From positions 1,550,001 through 1,614,000 of the forward strand of contig OZ287079.1 in NCBI GenBank assembly GCA_965645245.1: DNA of 64,000 bases, given 5' to 3'. The notes under the pieces were generated by a model. That model was not told where the DNA came from and did not search any database. It worked only from the letters and a program-made list of their open reading frames with translations. The position numbers were made by a program, and so were the translations under genes. This document shows positions 52,186-64,000 of the stretch, one piece after another. The stretch comes from Massalongia carnosa (lineage: Eukaryota). Position 1 is the stretch's first letter, and the number at the start of each line of letters is the position of its first letter.

Positions 52186-54713
52186 ATGAGTTCTACGCCC
52201 ATGACTCCTAGGACTCGATCTGGATCTCACGATGGGACGGTGTCATCCGCCTCAAGTCTTCCCTCATCGCCTCCTTCCGTAGCCCATTCTGATGGCGGAT
52301 ACAACTCCAATCAAGAAACTATGCGCAAGGAGGAAGAGAAGTTACTAAAGCAGACTGCGCGAGTTAATGCAAAAGGTCGGGAGCGTGAGTTTCAGGAGTG
52401 GCAGAAGAAGAGCGGGGATGATGGCGCTCTCAAGGGATTGGAATGGTTCCTATCCCGCAGCCAGGTGGGCTCTCTTCAGTTGCTTCCGGCCATGCGTGGC
52501 AATCTACTCTTACTAAACAAGCCTCCTCCAGGGTTTCTCCTCAAGCGTGATGGATCAGTTGAAGCAGGCTCTTGAAGCGCGGAACACTCAGACGACAAAT
52601 CAACCAAAACTGGTCTCCGGGGGGACAATGAGGGATTATCAGCTAGAAGGACTCACGTGGCTTACATGCCTATATCAGATTGGACTCAATGGCATCTTGG
52701 CGGATGAAATGGGTCTTGGTAAAACCGTTCAGCTCATCTCGTTCTTGGCATTTTTACGAGAACAGGGCACTAATGGGCCATTCTTGATTCTGGGCCCGTT
52801 GAGCACTGTCAACAACTGGGTGAGTGAGTTTCGCAGATGGACGCCAGACATCCCGGTAGTCATGTATCACGGCGCGCCACAGACGCGAGCAAGGATCAGA
52901 CGGGAAGATTTGCGCGATGATTCGAAAGGGATGAAGTTTCCGGTGGTGTGCACGTCATATGAGATTTGCATGAGGGACAAGAAATTTCTTGCTACGTATC
53001 ACTGGAAGTTCATCGTTGTGGTGAGTGTTGACGGGAAGCAATCGGATCAAGCACTCATTCTTTCCAGGACGAAGGGCACCGGCTCAAGAATTTCAATTGC
53101 AAGCTCGTCAAGGAACTAAAACAGTATCCTTCCGAAGGGCGCTTGATCTTGACGGGAACCCCGCTTCAGAATAACCTCTCGGAACTGTGGTCGTTGCTCA
53201 ATTTCCTCCTTCCCGACGCTTTTGCCGACCTGGAGCATTTCGAGAGCATGTTTGATTTTTCCGATATCCAGGACAAAGAAGGGCACAAGCAGTTCATCAC
53301 GCAAGAGCGGAAGGCGAAGACGGTAGCATCCCTGCATGCTATCCTTAAGCCTTTTCTTCTACGTCGGGTCAAGGCAGACGTTGAGACCCTTTTGCCGAAG
53401 AAGCGAGAATACATCATATATGCGCCATTGACGCCTGTCCAGAAGGAACTCTATCGTAAAATCAAGGAGGGTGATATCAGGGCTTATTTAGAAGATAAAG
53501 CTATCGAAAGGTTAAACCAAGCGAAAGAAAAACCCACCTCGAGAGGTGTCAAAAGGAAAGCAGCGCCTCACATCAACACCCCAAACAAAAGCGCAAAATC
53601 TTTAAGATCGTCGACTCCAGCAAGCCACGCAAAATCCGGCCGGAAAGGCATCAAACGCCAAACTTATGCCGAGGTAAGCGACCAGGAGTACTTTAGAAAA
53701 ATTGAGCAGAGTAGCGAAAGCGAGGAACTGGATGAAGATGCAGAAGAAGAGCATGACCGAACAAAAACACTCACTCTAGCTCGTAAGTCCCTTGGAGATG
53801 TCTTTTAACGCTATCTGTTAACCTCCCGATAGGAAAAGAAGTCTCCCGCAAAAAGCTTCAAAATCCCATCATGCAACTTCGCCTTGCCTGCAACTCTCCC
53901 CATCACTTCTACTGGCCTTGGGCCCCGACCGTCGACCCAGACAGTACCCTCATCACCTCTTCGGGGAAAATGTCGCTTCTCGACCGCCTAGTTCCACCTC
54001 TCCTAGCCGCTGGCCACAAACTCATCATCTTCTCCCAATTCTCCAAGCAGCTGGACATGCTCGAAGACTGGGCTACGGTCATTCGGGGTTGGGATATCTG
54101 CCGCATCGACGGCGCCGTCAAAGCCGAGGACCGCAACGAGCAGATTGACGCCTTCAACACCGACCCTCGACGTCGCATTTTCCTCCTGAGCACTCGCGCT
54201 GGCGGGCTCGGCATCAACCTTACCGCGGCTGACACTGTGATTCTCTTCGACAGCGACTGGAACCCGCAGCAGGACCTGCAAGCGCAAGACCGCGCCCATC
54301 GCATCGGTCAAACCCGGCCCGTGCTCGTTTACCGCCTCGCGACCAAGGGCACGGTAGAGCAAACGCTGCTCGAGAAAGCCGACGGCAAGCGCCGGCTGGA
54401 GAAACTCGTCATCCAAAAAGGCAAGTTCCGCTCCCTGCTCGATCGCGGGCCCTCCCTCAAAGGCGGCGACCTCGACGCCGACGATGCGTCCGAATGGCAC
54501 CGCCTCCTCGCCAACGACGATTTCGAGAACTACAACCCCCGCGGCGACCAGGGCGGCGAGATCCTCACGGACGACGATCTAAGGGTCCTGCTGGATCGCA
54601 GCGAGGCGGCCTTCGCGCGCGCGGAACGGGGACTGGACGAGGGGGAGAAGTTCCGCGCGGTGGAGAAGAAGCGGGAGGATGGCGAAGGGGGGATTCTGGG
54701 TCGGTTGATTTAG
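52186..54713 (+). CDS. IRC5: SNF2-family chromatin remodeller, HELLS/Lsh/DDM1/Irc5 subfamily, 4 exons
   Basis: Introns about 52465-52531, 53021-53067 and 53783-53832. Motifs GILADEMGLGKT, VVDEGHRLKN, LTGTPLQNNL, FLLSTRAGGLGINL, QAQDRAHRIGQ. QPKLVSGGTMRDYQ and KRRLEKLVIQKGKF are typical of the HELLS subfamily. Confidence 0.9.
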
Positions 54714-55957
54714 GAAGTCGGGTGTTGGGGTTGGAAATAGTATCCCTCGGGCTTTGAGAGGGGAGGGGCTGGGTTTGGGGATTAGGGGATGGAGGGATAG
54801 GTTGGATTTTTTTTTGCGGAGGCTGCCTGTCTGTCTGTCTGGATACGACCTCTTCTCATTTTTCATCCTTCCTACCTTCCTCGTACATACATACATTTGC
54901 ATATATTTCCATATCCTTCCCTTCCCCCAAGAATTCCAACCCCCCCCCCCCCCCCCCAAAAAAACCAATGGGACGACAAAACCGTGCCCCATCCCTCCCT
55001 CATGTCTCCTCTCTTCTCCCATCCTTCGTTTCTCTCTCCCCTTCCTTAAATCCCTACCTTTAATCTCGAGCCCCCAAGCCCCGCCTCACCAAGCAAACTT
55101 CCTATAATTACTCTATCTCTTTCAATTTGTTCATTTTATTCATTCATTCCGTTTTATTTCTTCCGTTTCGTTCGCTTCTTTTTGTTGGTTTGTTTTTTTG
55201 TTTTGTTCCATCGGCTTTCTTTCCTTTGCTTTTTTTTTTCTGGTGGTTCTCGGCGGGGGGAGCGAGCGAGCGAGCTGGGGAAGGGGTAGTGAGAAGGATG
55301 GGGAAGGGATGGAGCTGGATGAAATGGAAAGACGAGAGGAAATGAAATAGGAAGAACTCGTCCCCTTTTCCTTTTTTGAACAGAAAGCAGAGGTTGAGAT
55401 TTGTCTTTCTTCTTTCAGTCCTGTTTATCCTTTTCCGTTTTTTTTTTCTTTCTTCTCATTAAACATTTCCCTCTATTTCTTTTCTTGTGTCTCACAAACC
55501 CCCCCCCCCCCCCCCCCCCCCAAACCGAAGGATCGCTGTAGTTTCTTCTTCCTTCTCTATTCTTCAGACGATGGTGACGGTGATGGTAAATCTATCTGTA
55601 TGAGGGGATTTTGAAGTAAGACGGAACGAGTGGGGGGGAAGGGTCGGGGAAGGGAAAAAAAGACTTTGTGATTTTCTGTTTTTTTCATTGATTGAGAATT
55701 ATTATGCGTGCTTGCAACTTACGATGACGGATGAACCACCACTAACTATCGCCAGAACGAATCAACCAATCAATAGCCATCCATTTTCACGGAAAGCGGC
55801 CCGTAGACTTCGTCCCAAATCAGCTTCCCCTATCTACCTACATAAGGAGGAAGAGTCGAGTTTGTATCACCTATCTAGAATGCAAAGGTCAAAGTCCATC
55901 CTAGATTCACTAACGCTAGAAATGGTCCCAAGCCCAAAGTAGCGCGGCGAGGTAGTC

Positions 55958-56002
55958 AGGCAGGCAGGCAGGCAGGCAGGAAGGCAGGCAGGCAGACAGA
56001 CA
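55958..56002. repeat. (GGCA)n tetranucleotide microsatellite
   Basis: Directly visible. Confidence 0.9.
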
Positions 56003-56765
56003 GTCTCGCTGCGTTCGATATTATCCCTTTTCGGGAAGGATTGGGGGGAGGTATAATGAGGGTGAGGGGACTAGATGTGAAATGGAAAGGGGGCAGAAAA
56101 GCGAGCTGTATGCATAATACTGTTTTCTCTGCTCCTGATTAGATCCGTGAATCGGTTTTTTTCCAGAAATGGGGCATTATATTCCGTTTCAGCGAAGCAT
56201 GTGATATCTTTCCTGATCGTACCTAGCTTGGATCAACTCCTCAAAGGCTTCCGCTGAATAAAGGTCAGACGCGGACTTGTTTTTAGAGTTAACATGTGAG
56301 ATTCGTCCCGTTAAGGTGTAACGATATTCTTACGGTGGTGCAGAACAACACCATGTAAAACAAAACGCATGTGCTTCTGGGGACAATAGCTCCTGCCCGT
56401 ATATTATATAAAGAGTCGAGACTTCCCTGTTCTAGGCTCAGCACTTACAGATCAGTTGTATTTACTTCGTTTTACGCCTGCTCCACTTCTCTACTTGACA
56501 TTAGTACTTCCGACTAGCAAGCTCACTTCTCCTTTTCGCACCACCGAGTCTGCCAGATAGTCAGAACCTGTACACTGCAATACACCCACTCCATCCTTGG
56601 GGACTAGGTTTTCTAGTCTTGCTACCGGCTATCTTTGTAATATTTAGTCGTTCGATCGTAAGTATTTCCTGTGACCCATACTCAAATTCACATCATGCTC
56701 CCAATGATTGACCTTGAGACTTACCACTTGCACCGCTAACCTCGCGTTTCAGTCGAACTTCCAGA

Positions 56766-57461
56766 ATGCCTCGATCCGCACCAAAGGGAATAAGTTCACT
56801 GGAAACAATCGTGAATATCAAATCGACCAGACCAAAAAAGCCTATTCTTTCAATTTCCCCGGTGGAAACACGTAGCAAGGTCAGCAAATCAAAGCCTCAG
56901 CCCAAGCTCCTGAGCCAGCGAGAACCTTTTGCAGCATGGCTTCCCACCCGCATGTGCGATCTCATCCACAAAGAGGCCCACGAGCACGAAATGCAGCAAA
57001 TGAAGCGTGTGCGGGAAGAATATGCTCAAGAATCGCAGCGACTTGCTGATGAACTCGATGCCGAGTATGCAAGAAAACGGCTCCGCTTGGAAGAGCTCGA
57101 TGCTCATAACGAGGAGAAAGAGCGCGAAGCAGCCAATTGGAAAAGACGTATAGGCGCCGCCTGGGATTACGTCCGGGTTTTCGAGAACAAGCGTGACGAG
57201 GAGGTGCAGCAGATGCAGGAGCATATGGGCGAGTTGGTCTGCATCTCGGATGGATGGGCCCAGCGGTGGCGGCAAATTCACAAGAATGCCAAGCGGGAGG
57301 CAATAGAGAGGAGGAATAGGGAGGAGCGGGAGGAGCGGGAGAAAGAGGAACCAAGCAATCGCAAGCGGTCGATTGTGGGGGTGTATGCAAAGGGTGAACC
57401 TCTCGGCGAGGGACGTGTTCATCGATGGGAAAAGATTGGACGAGGTGTTACCTCGTTATAG
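56766..57461 (+). CDS. Hypothetical charged coiled-coil protein
   Basis: 231-aa ORF rich in E/R/K; no recognisable family motif. Confidence 0.55.
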   Translation: MPRSAPKGISSLETIVNIKSTRPKKPILSISPVETRSKVSKSKPQPKLLSQREPFAAWLPTRMCDLIHKEAHEHEMQQMKRVREEYAQESQRLADELDAEYARKRLRLEELDAHNEEKEREAANWKRRIGAAWDYVRVFENKRDEEVQQMQEHMGELVCISDGWAQRWRQIHKNAKREAIERRNREEREEREKEEPSNRKRSIVGVYAKGEPLGEGRVHRWEKIGRGVTSL

Positions 57462-58584
57462 ATGCTAACAAGACATAATCTTGTTGGTGTATGCGACGGA
57501 ATGTAAGAGTTGGTATATCGATTGCTCTAAATCAAGATTCGTATAGTATTGTCCTTGGAAGGATGAATTTGGCTCATTCTCAATCTGTAAGGCGGTGAGA
57601 CCTAACAACAAGATGGATAGATAGATATCTATCAATTTAGGAACATTTGCTGTGCTTCCGACATTTGTTTTTAGCTCTTTAAGCACTAGTCCTGTATGAA
57701 GTTTAAATCATCCAACTCTTTGAAATACGAACTCAATGTTTCGACTTGTCCTGTAACTTTGATGTATCACAACGTAGCTAAAACTTAGTTAGCTCTGTAT
57801 CCAATCAACAATACAAGTCATGCTGCTACCAAGCACATGTCAACCAAGGAACTGAGCGCTACATCCTAAAATCCCCAAGCATTACATCTTAGATTTCCTT
57901 TCATCGCGTTCCAAAACATCTCAGGAGTTCTCTCCTTAATGGCTAAACAAGCTGAAGAAGGGGTCACCTGGCTTTTAACTGGGAGGGGGGAGAAAATTGC
58001 GACAAGAAAGGGATGAGCGGAAGGGAAAGGGAAACGGATAACGACTAGGTTCCCGGCGCTGACATAGGTATCATGGTGCTTCCCTTGCCGATATTCTAAG
58101 ATGGAAAGACCTGAAGCGCAGGGGAGCTCAATAATTACCTATTGAAGTGAAGTGCACAGCTACGGTATAACAATTTCCCATCGACGACCGATCCAGATCG
58201 TAAATACAGTGTAGTGGGGGGAAAGCAGAAGGAAAAGGCTCTTTTCATTTTATGAGGCTTTGTCATACTGTGTCATCCTAGTAGTTAATATGGCTTAGGA
58301 AGAGCTTTTAATATGTCTATCAAAGCCCGTTCAAGTTATCAAATCTCGTTGATCTATAAGCCTATATCTGCTGTGCATATCTATATCCCACTGGTCGATT
58401 TGGCTCATTTCTTTAAAAGATAGAGACTTGGGTAAAATGCACTTTAGCGATGAGGTTATCTATCCAGTCCATAATATAGGCGGTGCATCCAATACTTTCT
58501 TAATGGCGTACGATGATCCAATAAGTCCTAGTGACCCATCAGTGGCGAAACCTCACGACAGAAAATAAACCGAAAAGTCCGGCC

Positions 58585-59949
58585 TCAGTAATTGAAGATG
58601 CAGTTGGCTATCCGTGTCTCATCCGGCTGCCACGGGCTGGCATTGCATTGGTGCGATGGTGACTGATCATTACTATCCCATACGTCGTTTCCATAGCGAA
58701 ACAATAGCGGATCGTTCTCCTGTCTCTGCGTAACTACGCGAAGCGCATAGGGGACCAAGCTTGTAAGACGAACCTCCACACCTTCAGGGGCGTCGGCGTT
58801 CTCCATGTGGCCAATTTGTACGTTCCTTGCGTTTTTGATTGACAAGTCAAGCCTGTAGTGAGCTGTAGGGTTCTTCTTTCGATGCTGAACTACATAAACT
58901 CGAGCCCAGCCGGCGCTAGCTCCGAGAATGGGTGTGAGATCTTCCTCATGTGGGGGAGCTGAAGATCCCTGTGTTTTGCCGAAACAGGACTCATCTTCGG
59001 CTGAAGGGAATCGCCTGTGAAGATCTCGTTTCTGGCCGCGTTGCCAAATGGCTTTTTGACGCGAGAAATTTTCATAGTCGACTAAGATGATTGAAGTCAC
59101 GTCGGCGTTGGCTTGCAACGCTGGAAGTTCGATCCGAGCCCATACGGAGCGCTTGCTACAGGGGCCGCTGGGCCATTTGGAGATAAGAAACACGTCCCCG
59201 GAAGATTCAACCGCAAAAATAAAAGAGAATCGATCAGTGAAGTCAGAAAACCATTTGGTGGAGCGTCCATGTCTCAAAGTGTAATCAACCGGGTAAAGAT
59301 CCTCGTAGATGTATTTGCTGTTCATTTGAGCAAAGGCTTTAGCTGCGACGAAACCACCGACTTCGGAGAACATTACAGACTTATCACGGCCAACGCTGCG
59401 AAATGCTTTTTGAATATCGGCATTGCTAGGATAGTCGCTTGTATCTAATTTTTCTAAGGCTTGTGCGAGATTAGCATTTTGCGGATCCGGCGAAAAGCTG
59501 GCCTTCATTTGATTGCCTGACGCAGCTAGATCAGCGAGTCCAGTTAGATCGCCAAGAGAAGATTGATCGCTTGATTCTTTTTCCGATCCAAAATAATAAG
59601 GATTATTACTTCCAGTCAGGCCGTCCAGAATGCTAGCACTGGCGATCTCGCTGTTATCACTTGGATGAGTTAATTCAGATACGGGGTTGGCGCCAAGCCA
59701 GGTTATGGGTTGCCCGTTGTCGATCTCTGTGTTTGAACCAGCGAACCCAAGAGTAGGATCTCCTCCAATAAGTAGTTTGTTGCTTTCATCAAACACATCT
59801 TGTCGAGGCAGTAAATATTTGTGCAATGCCGACACCGGAGTTGATGCAACAAATCCCCTATAGCTAATATGCGTGACCAAAATAATGCTGAACAACACGG
59901 TGAATCGATGAAGTGAAGAAAGTCTAAGGGAATCATAGAAGAGACACAT
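58585..59949 (-). CDS. Predicted secreted protein: acidic pro-region, ADP-ribosyl cyclase/NADase-like domain, KR site, C-terminal beta-rich domain
   Basis: Intronless 454-aa ORF with hydrophobic N-terminus; motifs VMFS, IYEDL, FSFIFAVESSGDV, SVWARIELPALQANADV; QKRDLHRR linker. Confidence 0.75.
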   Translation of the reverse strand: MCLFYDSLRLSSLHRFTVLFSIILVTHISYRGFVASTPVSALHKYLLPRQDVFDESNKLLIGGDPTLGFAGSNTEIDNGQPITWLGANPVSELTHPSDNSEIASASILDGLTGSNNPYYFGSEKESSDQSSLGDLTGLADLAASGNQMKASFSPDPQNANLAQALEKLDTSDYPSNADIQKAFRSVGRDKSVMFSEVGGFVAAKAFAQMNSKYIYEDLYPVDYTLRHGRSTKWFSDFTDRFSFIFAVESSGDVFLISKWPSGPCSKRSVWARIELPALQANADVTSIILVDYENFSRQKAIWQRGQKRDLHRRFPSAEDESCFGKTQGSSAPPHEEDLTPILGASAGWARVYVVQHRKKNPTAHYRLDLSIKNARNVQIGHMENADAPEGVEVRLTSLVPYALRVVTQRQENDPLLFRYGNDVWDSNDQSPSHQCNASPWQPDETRIANCIFNY

Positions 59950-61402
59950 TTTTAACTCAAAGCGTACTCGATTCTAGTTCGTGATAGTAGTCGAAAGACT
60001 GTAAAGACGAAATTTGGACAGGTCTTAAGCCACCATGGCTATTGATACAGAATCCCTCAAGACAGCCGTCGAAATGAAAGATACAAAGCTGAAAGAAATC
60101 AGCACAACTTGAACAAGCCTCAGACAAACCCATTTTAGTTAACAGATAAGAAATCAACAACCATAACGCGTGAAACCAGAAACATTTCAACTCCGAGCAA
60201 CAATCATCGGAGTTGATGTAGTCCGGAGAACAAAACGTCCCGAGAAAGGAAGAGAAAACAGCTCTGGACCACTTGCGCTTAATGAGGATCAGATTTATCC
60301 CTGCGCTCTCATTTTTCTTCCTAACAAACTTGAATTAAGCTCATCCAACTCGTGTATCTTCCCACGCCATGAACATCATGAGAAAAAGTACCAGCATTTT
60401 CATACCACCTCCGTCTCTCTCATAAATGCTAGCTGCCTTCGGGAGTGGCATCGCAGAAAATAGCGATAAGAGCATCATCGGCTAGGCACGTGGTCCTGCA
60501 CGCTTCTTCAAGATTGGATAGCGCCAAACATCTGCAAGCCGTAAGCGCACTTGCAGCTCAAGCTCGGTTGCAGCCTATGCTGGCTGTAGGGCACAGGGTG
60601 AAACAGCCAGTGGCGAGCGGGATGCGGGTAGGGGCGCATGCAGGATGATGAGCTAAAGGTATGCCACGTTGATTAGAACTTGGGATGCTGTTGATCATGT
60701 GACAACCCCCTTTTCGGTAATTGAGGCGACCCGCTTTCCTTCTTCACCCCCATTATAGCCTGAAAATCGATACATTTTGCGTTATAAGTCTTGAGACTCT
60801 CCTGCCTCCATCTGAATTCTTGATGATTATACAGTCCTCCCTACAAATGATATTGCTCCTTTAAGTTTCCTGCAAAAAAGCGCCTTCAGAAATATCCATG
60901 CATTTCTTATTAGGAGAAGGATAGGCAAGAACGCGTAGGAGGCTCGTAAACGAAGAAGTAAAAGGAGCCGTAATCAGTTACAAAGTGATTGTGGCGGCGG
61001 TAGATAGGCCATTGTGGATTAATGATTTAACGAGTGAGAGCTAACTATGCACCTAGATATTATGGAACGTGTTGTAAAGGCTCGTGGGATGACTTCGAAG
61101 GTGAGGGAGCATTACTGACGAACTATGAGATTTGAGCATGCGAAACGGGGGCGGAAACAGCTTTCGATAGAACCTAGACAAGAAACATCCCCAGCGGTAC
61201 AGTCCAGTCTCCTTTTCCACTCTCGAGTTTTGTCCACGGATATTATGCTTTCGTCTCATTACGCTAGCTAAAACCCTACCACTTCCACTGTATAGATATC
61301 AGGTCCCTACCTGCTAGATTGTCAGTTAAGAGACTTGGTCAGTAGAACGGGCAAGCATTAATTAATACCTCATTTAACATCAATTGCTACCGAGAATATC
61401 GC

Positions 61403-61783
61403 TTAACCGGTAATCGGGCAAGTACTCTTTTCGCACTCAGTACAGTCGATATCAACAATGACACTCTTGTTGCAATTTATATAATCAACGCCGCCGCTAC
61501 TGATATTCGCGCATTTCATCTTCAAGGCAGTACACCTAGTGCATTCAGGGCTATCGGTACGTTTCGTCACTTTCGTATAGCACTCCACGCAGGGAGTTGC
61601 GGTGATGATGAAGCGACGCAATCTTCATATTGTGCGAGTGAGAAGTACTGGACGTAGCTGGACCGGAGTTGTGTGCACTCTTTGCATGCATTTGGGTCCG
61701 CGGAAGGGAGAGCTTTGCGGCGATGAGTAGGCTAAGCTAGAGAACAGGGCAAAGGCCGCGATGGGGATGGATGGGATAAGCAT
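61403..61783 (-). pseudogene. Small secreted Cys-rich (CxxC-repeat) protein; disrupted or unresolved splicing
   Basis: Signal-like MLIPSIPIAAFALFSSLAYS from ATG 61783; ORF 61403-61621 has CVEC, CTRC and CTEC; another CKEC lies in a shifted frame between them. Confidence 0.4.
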
Positions 61784-64000
61784 CTCTATGAAAGGTTTGT
61801 GGACGAATAATTCAGGATAGAGGTGAGAGATGTAGGCGTAGGAAGCTTAGTTGTGTAGAATAAGAAAGAAGCTAGACTTTTTCATCCTCATCATATTGAT
61901 CGTACTCAGTCTGCGTAGGCTTGGATGACTTAGTAGCGGACGGAATACGGATTGAGGAATCACGAAAACTGCTGCTGATCATTAGTAGGAAAAATCATGA
62001 TGTAGTCCCGTCTGTGGTTGGGTAGATGCAGTAAGAAGAACCAATAAAACCAAGATTTCCGGGGTTTCCAAAAAGTAAGTTGTTTCTCAAGCGAACGAGC
62101 TGCTCAGGATCTTGAACTTGTATAGTGCACAACCGAATGCATTTCGGCGATCACACGAATCTTGCATATATAGGGGGAAAACACCGATGCTGTTATACAG
62201 CTGGACAGATTAACGAGAAAATCCTCTGCATGGCATCGTTTAGCACTGTGTGAAACCACAATCTGCAGGCGGGGGGGCGTTTATCGGGTGAAGAAGTGAA
62301 TCACATACATATTTCATCAAAGATGATAGCGGTCGATAAGTTCTAGATAATTGTGTAAGAAACCAATGAGGCACTTTCTCGAAAAGGTACATTCAGGCTA
62401 GCTCTAGCTGCAAGCATCTTTCTGTAAACCTAGAGCTTCGATCCACAGCAGTCATGCCGACCCTAGTCAAAGTCTTCTACGGTGCGTCTGGGTACGGCCA
62501 GAATGGTTGCCTTACCTAAATTTGAACTTAAGTGAAACTTCTTTAGAGGAAAGCCTCATCGGACTATCGATAAACCCTTTCACTATTAACCCTCCTGCTC
62601 CGTGCATTAAAATGGACTTGTTGATTCTGCTACATGAACTATTCTTATTTGCATTGTGCTGCGAAGACCAGCGGACACTCCTTGATAGCTAGTATCAACA
62701 GAACAACTAATTTGAAATACACAGGATAGCTGAGAAACCCGTTGCCACCAGTTAACCAAGTGATCTGCCTCATGCGTGTTGAAGCCGAAATCGACGGATG
62801 TTAGTAAGTATCCGAGAGTAGGTAAAAGAATCGTACTCCCATGTCCTCTAATACTACTTGAGTCGTTTTGCCGTATTAAATTTTAGCGTATTGCAAACGG
62901 GGGTGAATACGAGTAGATGTCCGTTATTTTGCTTTTCCCTTCGAACCAAGACTCCTCAACAAAGGAGAAAGGCTCCTTTCGGTTGCTAAACCAGCTACCC
63001 CAATACCACACTCTCTTAATGGTCGTAGTCCCTAGTGTGACCCTACTCTCTTACTCGAAAGGTCTTTGCCTTGTCATATCTGACATCTCTATCAATGGTT
63101 GACGCACCCAAAGCCGTCGAACAGTCTGCAAATGTATAGTTTCATTGCCCAATATAACGCAGCATATATAGCAAGGCCTCCAAAGCCCCATTTCCAAGCT
63201 CTCAAGGCGAGCTTGGTGGAGTTACTGACCCAAGCAGATCCACATACCGCTTCGAAGATCTTCCATGTCAGAACGGTCTCATCGCAAATAAAACCCTTAC
63301 TTACCATGGCAACTTTTGTAGCGTTTCCGCTCCCTATATGCTGCTACAGATCCACATGAAACTCCTCACATCGAGAGAGTATATCCAAATTCACAAGTGG
63401 CCAGCTTTGAGTTGGATTATATGTTGATGGACTCCTGCCTAAGCGACATAAATAGAGACGCTACGCTTCCTGACAACTGCACGCTCCCACTCACTGCCTT
63501 TATCGCAGTTAGCTCATTTTGGGAGGTCCTCTACTCGAGGGGGAAACTCGCCTCTAATCGGGTGCTGATCCAATCCTATCAGCAACTGTATCTCTTTTTC
63601 GCCCCTTAGAAAGCCCTCTCCTAACATTATTGAAAATACCCTAAGAGTCGCATCGCATTCCTATGTGCAGGTCCGAGTTAAGCTACACAGTGAGTTCACA
63701 GGACCCAGGAAGAGGTAAAGTGTTTACCAAAGGTCTCCTGGCTGTTTCAGCGAGGTATTTGTCGTCTCAACCAGATGCTCGGCGACGATTTATCTGCACC
63801 CTATAATTGTCGAATCCATAGAGGTTATAACTTATCATCATGCTTGCATACCGGAAGCGGTTTGTAGGATGGAGCGGGCTATTGCACCGTCATATTTATA
63901 TAAATGTCCATTGGTGCTAATATAGGTCGGGTAGGTCTTTAGCATGTGATCATATTTCACGATCATGAATTCCTTTTTAGCTGAACGTTTTCAGCCTCAA

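Noticed and set aside
47948..54713. Phosphatase, hypothetical and HELLS genes as members of the terpenoid cluster
   Set aside because: They look like general cellular genes with no biosynthetic link.
53909..55107. Long antisense and alternate-frame ORFs
   Set aside because: Shadows of the GC-rich HELLS exon and low-complexity downstream DNA.
1..64000. Starship/giant element captain or boundaries
   Set aside because: The accessory gene content is suggestive, but no tyrosine recombinase-like ORF or boundary repeat was recognised in this window.
62400..64000. Short ORFs at the window end
   Set aside because: All under 90 aa, with no motif or splice pattern I can support.

Overview
Fungal nuclear DNA from a filamentous ascomycete (short GT-AG introns, fungal transposon families, RIP-like transitions). 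The first ~36 kb is a transposon-rich accessory region. It holds two abutting Fot1/pogo elements (one with an intact 670-aa ORF), a Tc1-like element disrupted by a Mutator-like (MULE) derivative, a second MULE derivative inserted in a secreted-protein gene, a deleted Fot1 element, and a DD38E Tc1-like element flanked by GGGGG instead of TA. Interspersed are a Zn2Cys6-like gene, a Clr5-domain gene, two genes with HeLo/SesA-like N-termini, and several pseudogenes. From 40 to 55 kb are intact genes: a cytochrome P450 divergently paired with a UbiA-type membrane terpene cyclase-like gene (candidate two-gene terpenoid cluster), a dual-specificity phosphatase-like gene, a hypothetical gene and a HELLS/Lsh/Irc5-type SNF2 remodeller. 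The distal part encodes a predicted secreted protein whose central domain resembles ADP-ribosyl cyclase (CD38/Tne2-like) NAD+ glycohydrolases, followed by a dibasic site and a separate C-terminal domain. All family assignments come from motif recognition by eye, not database searches.
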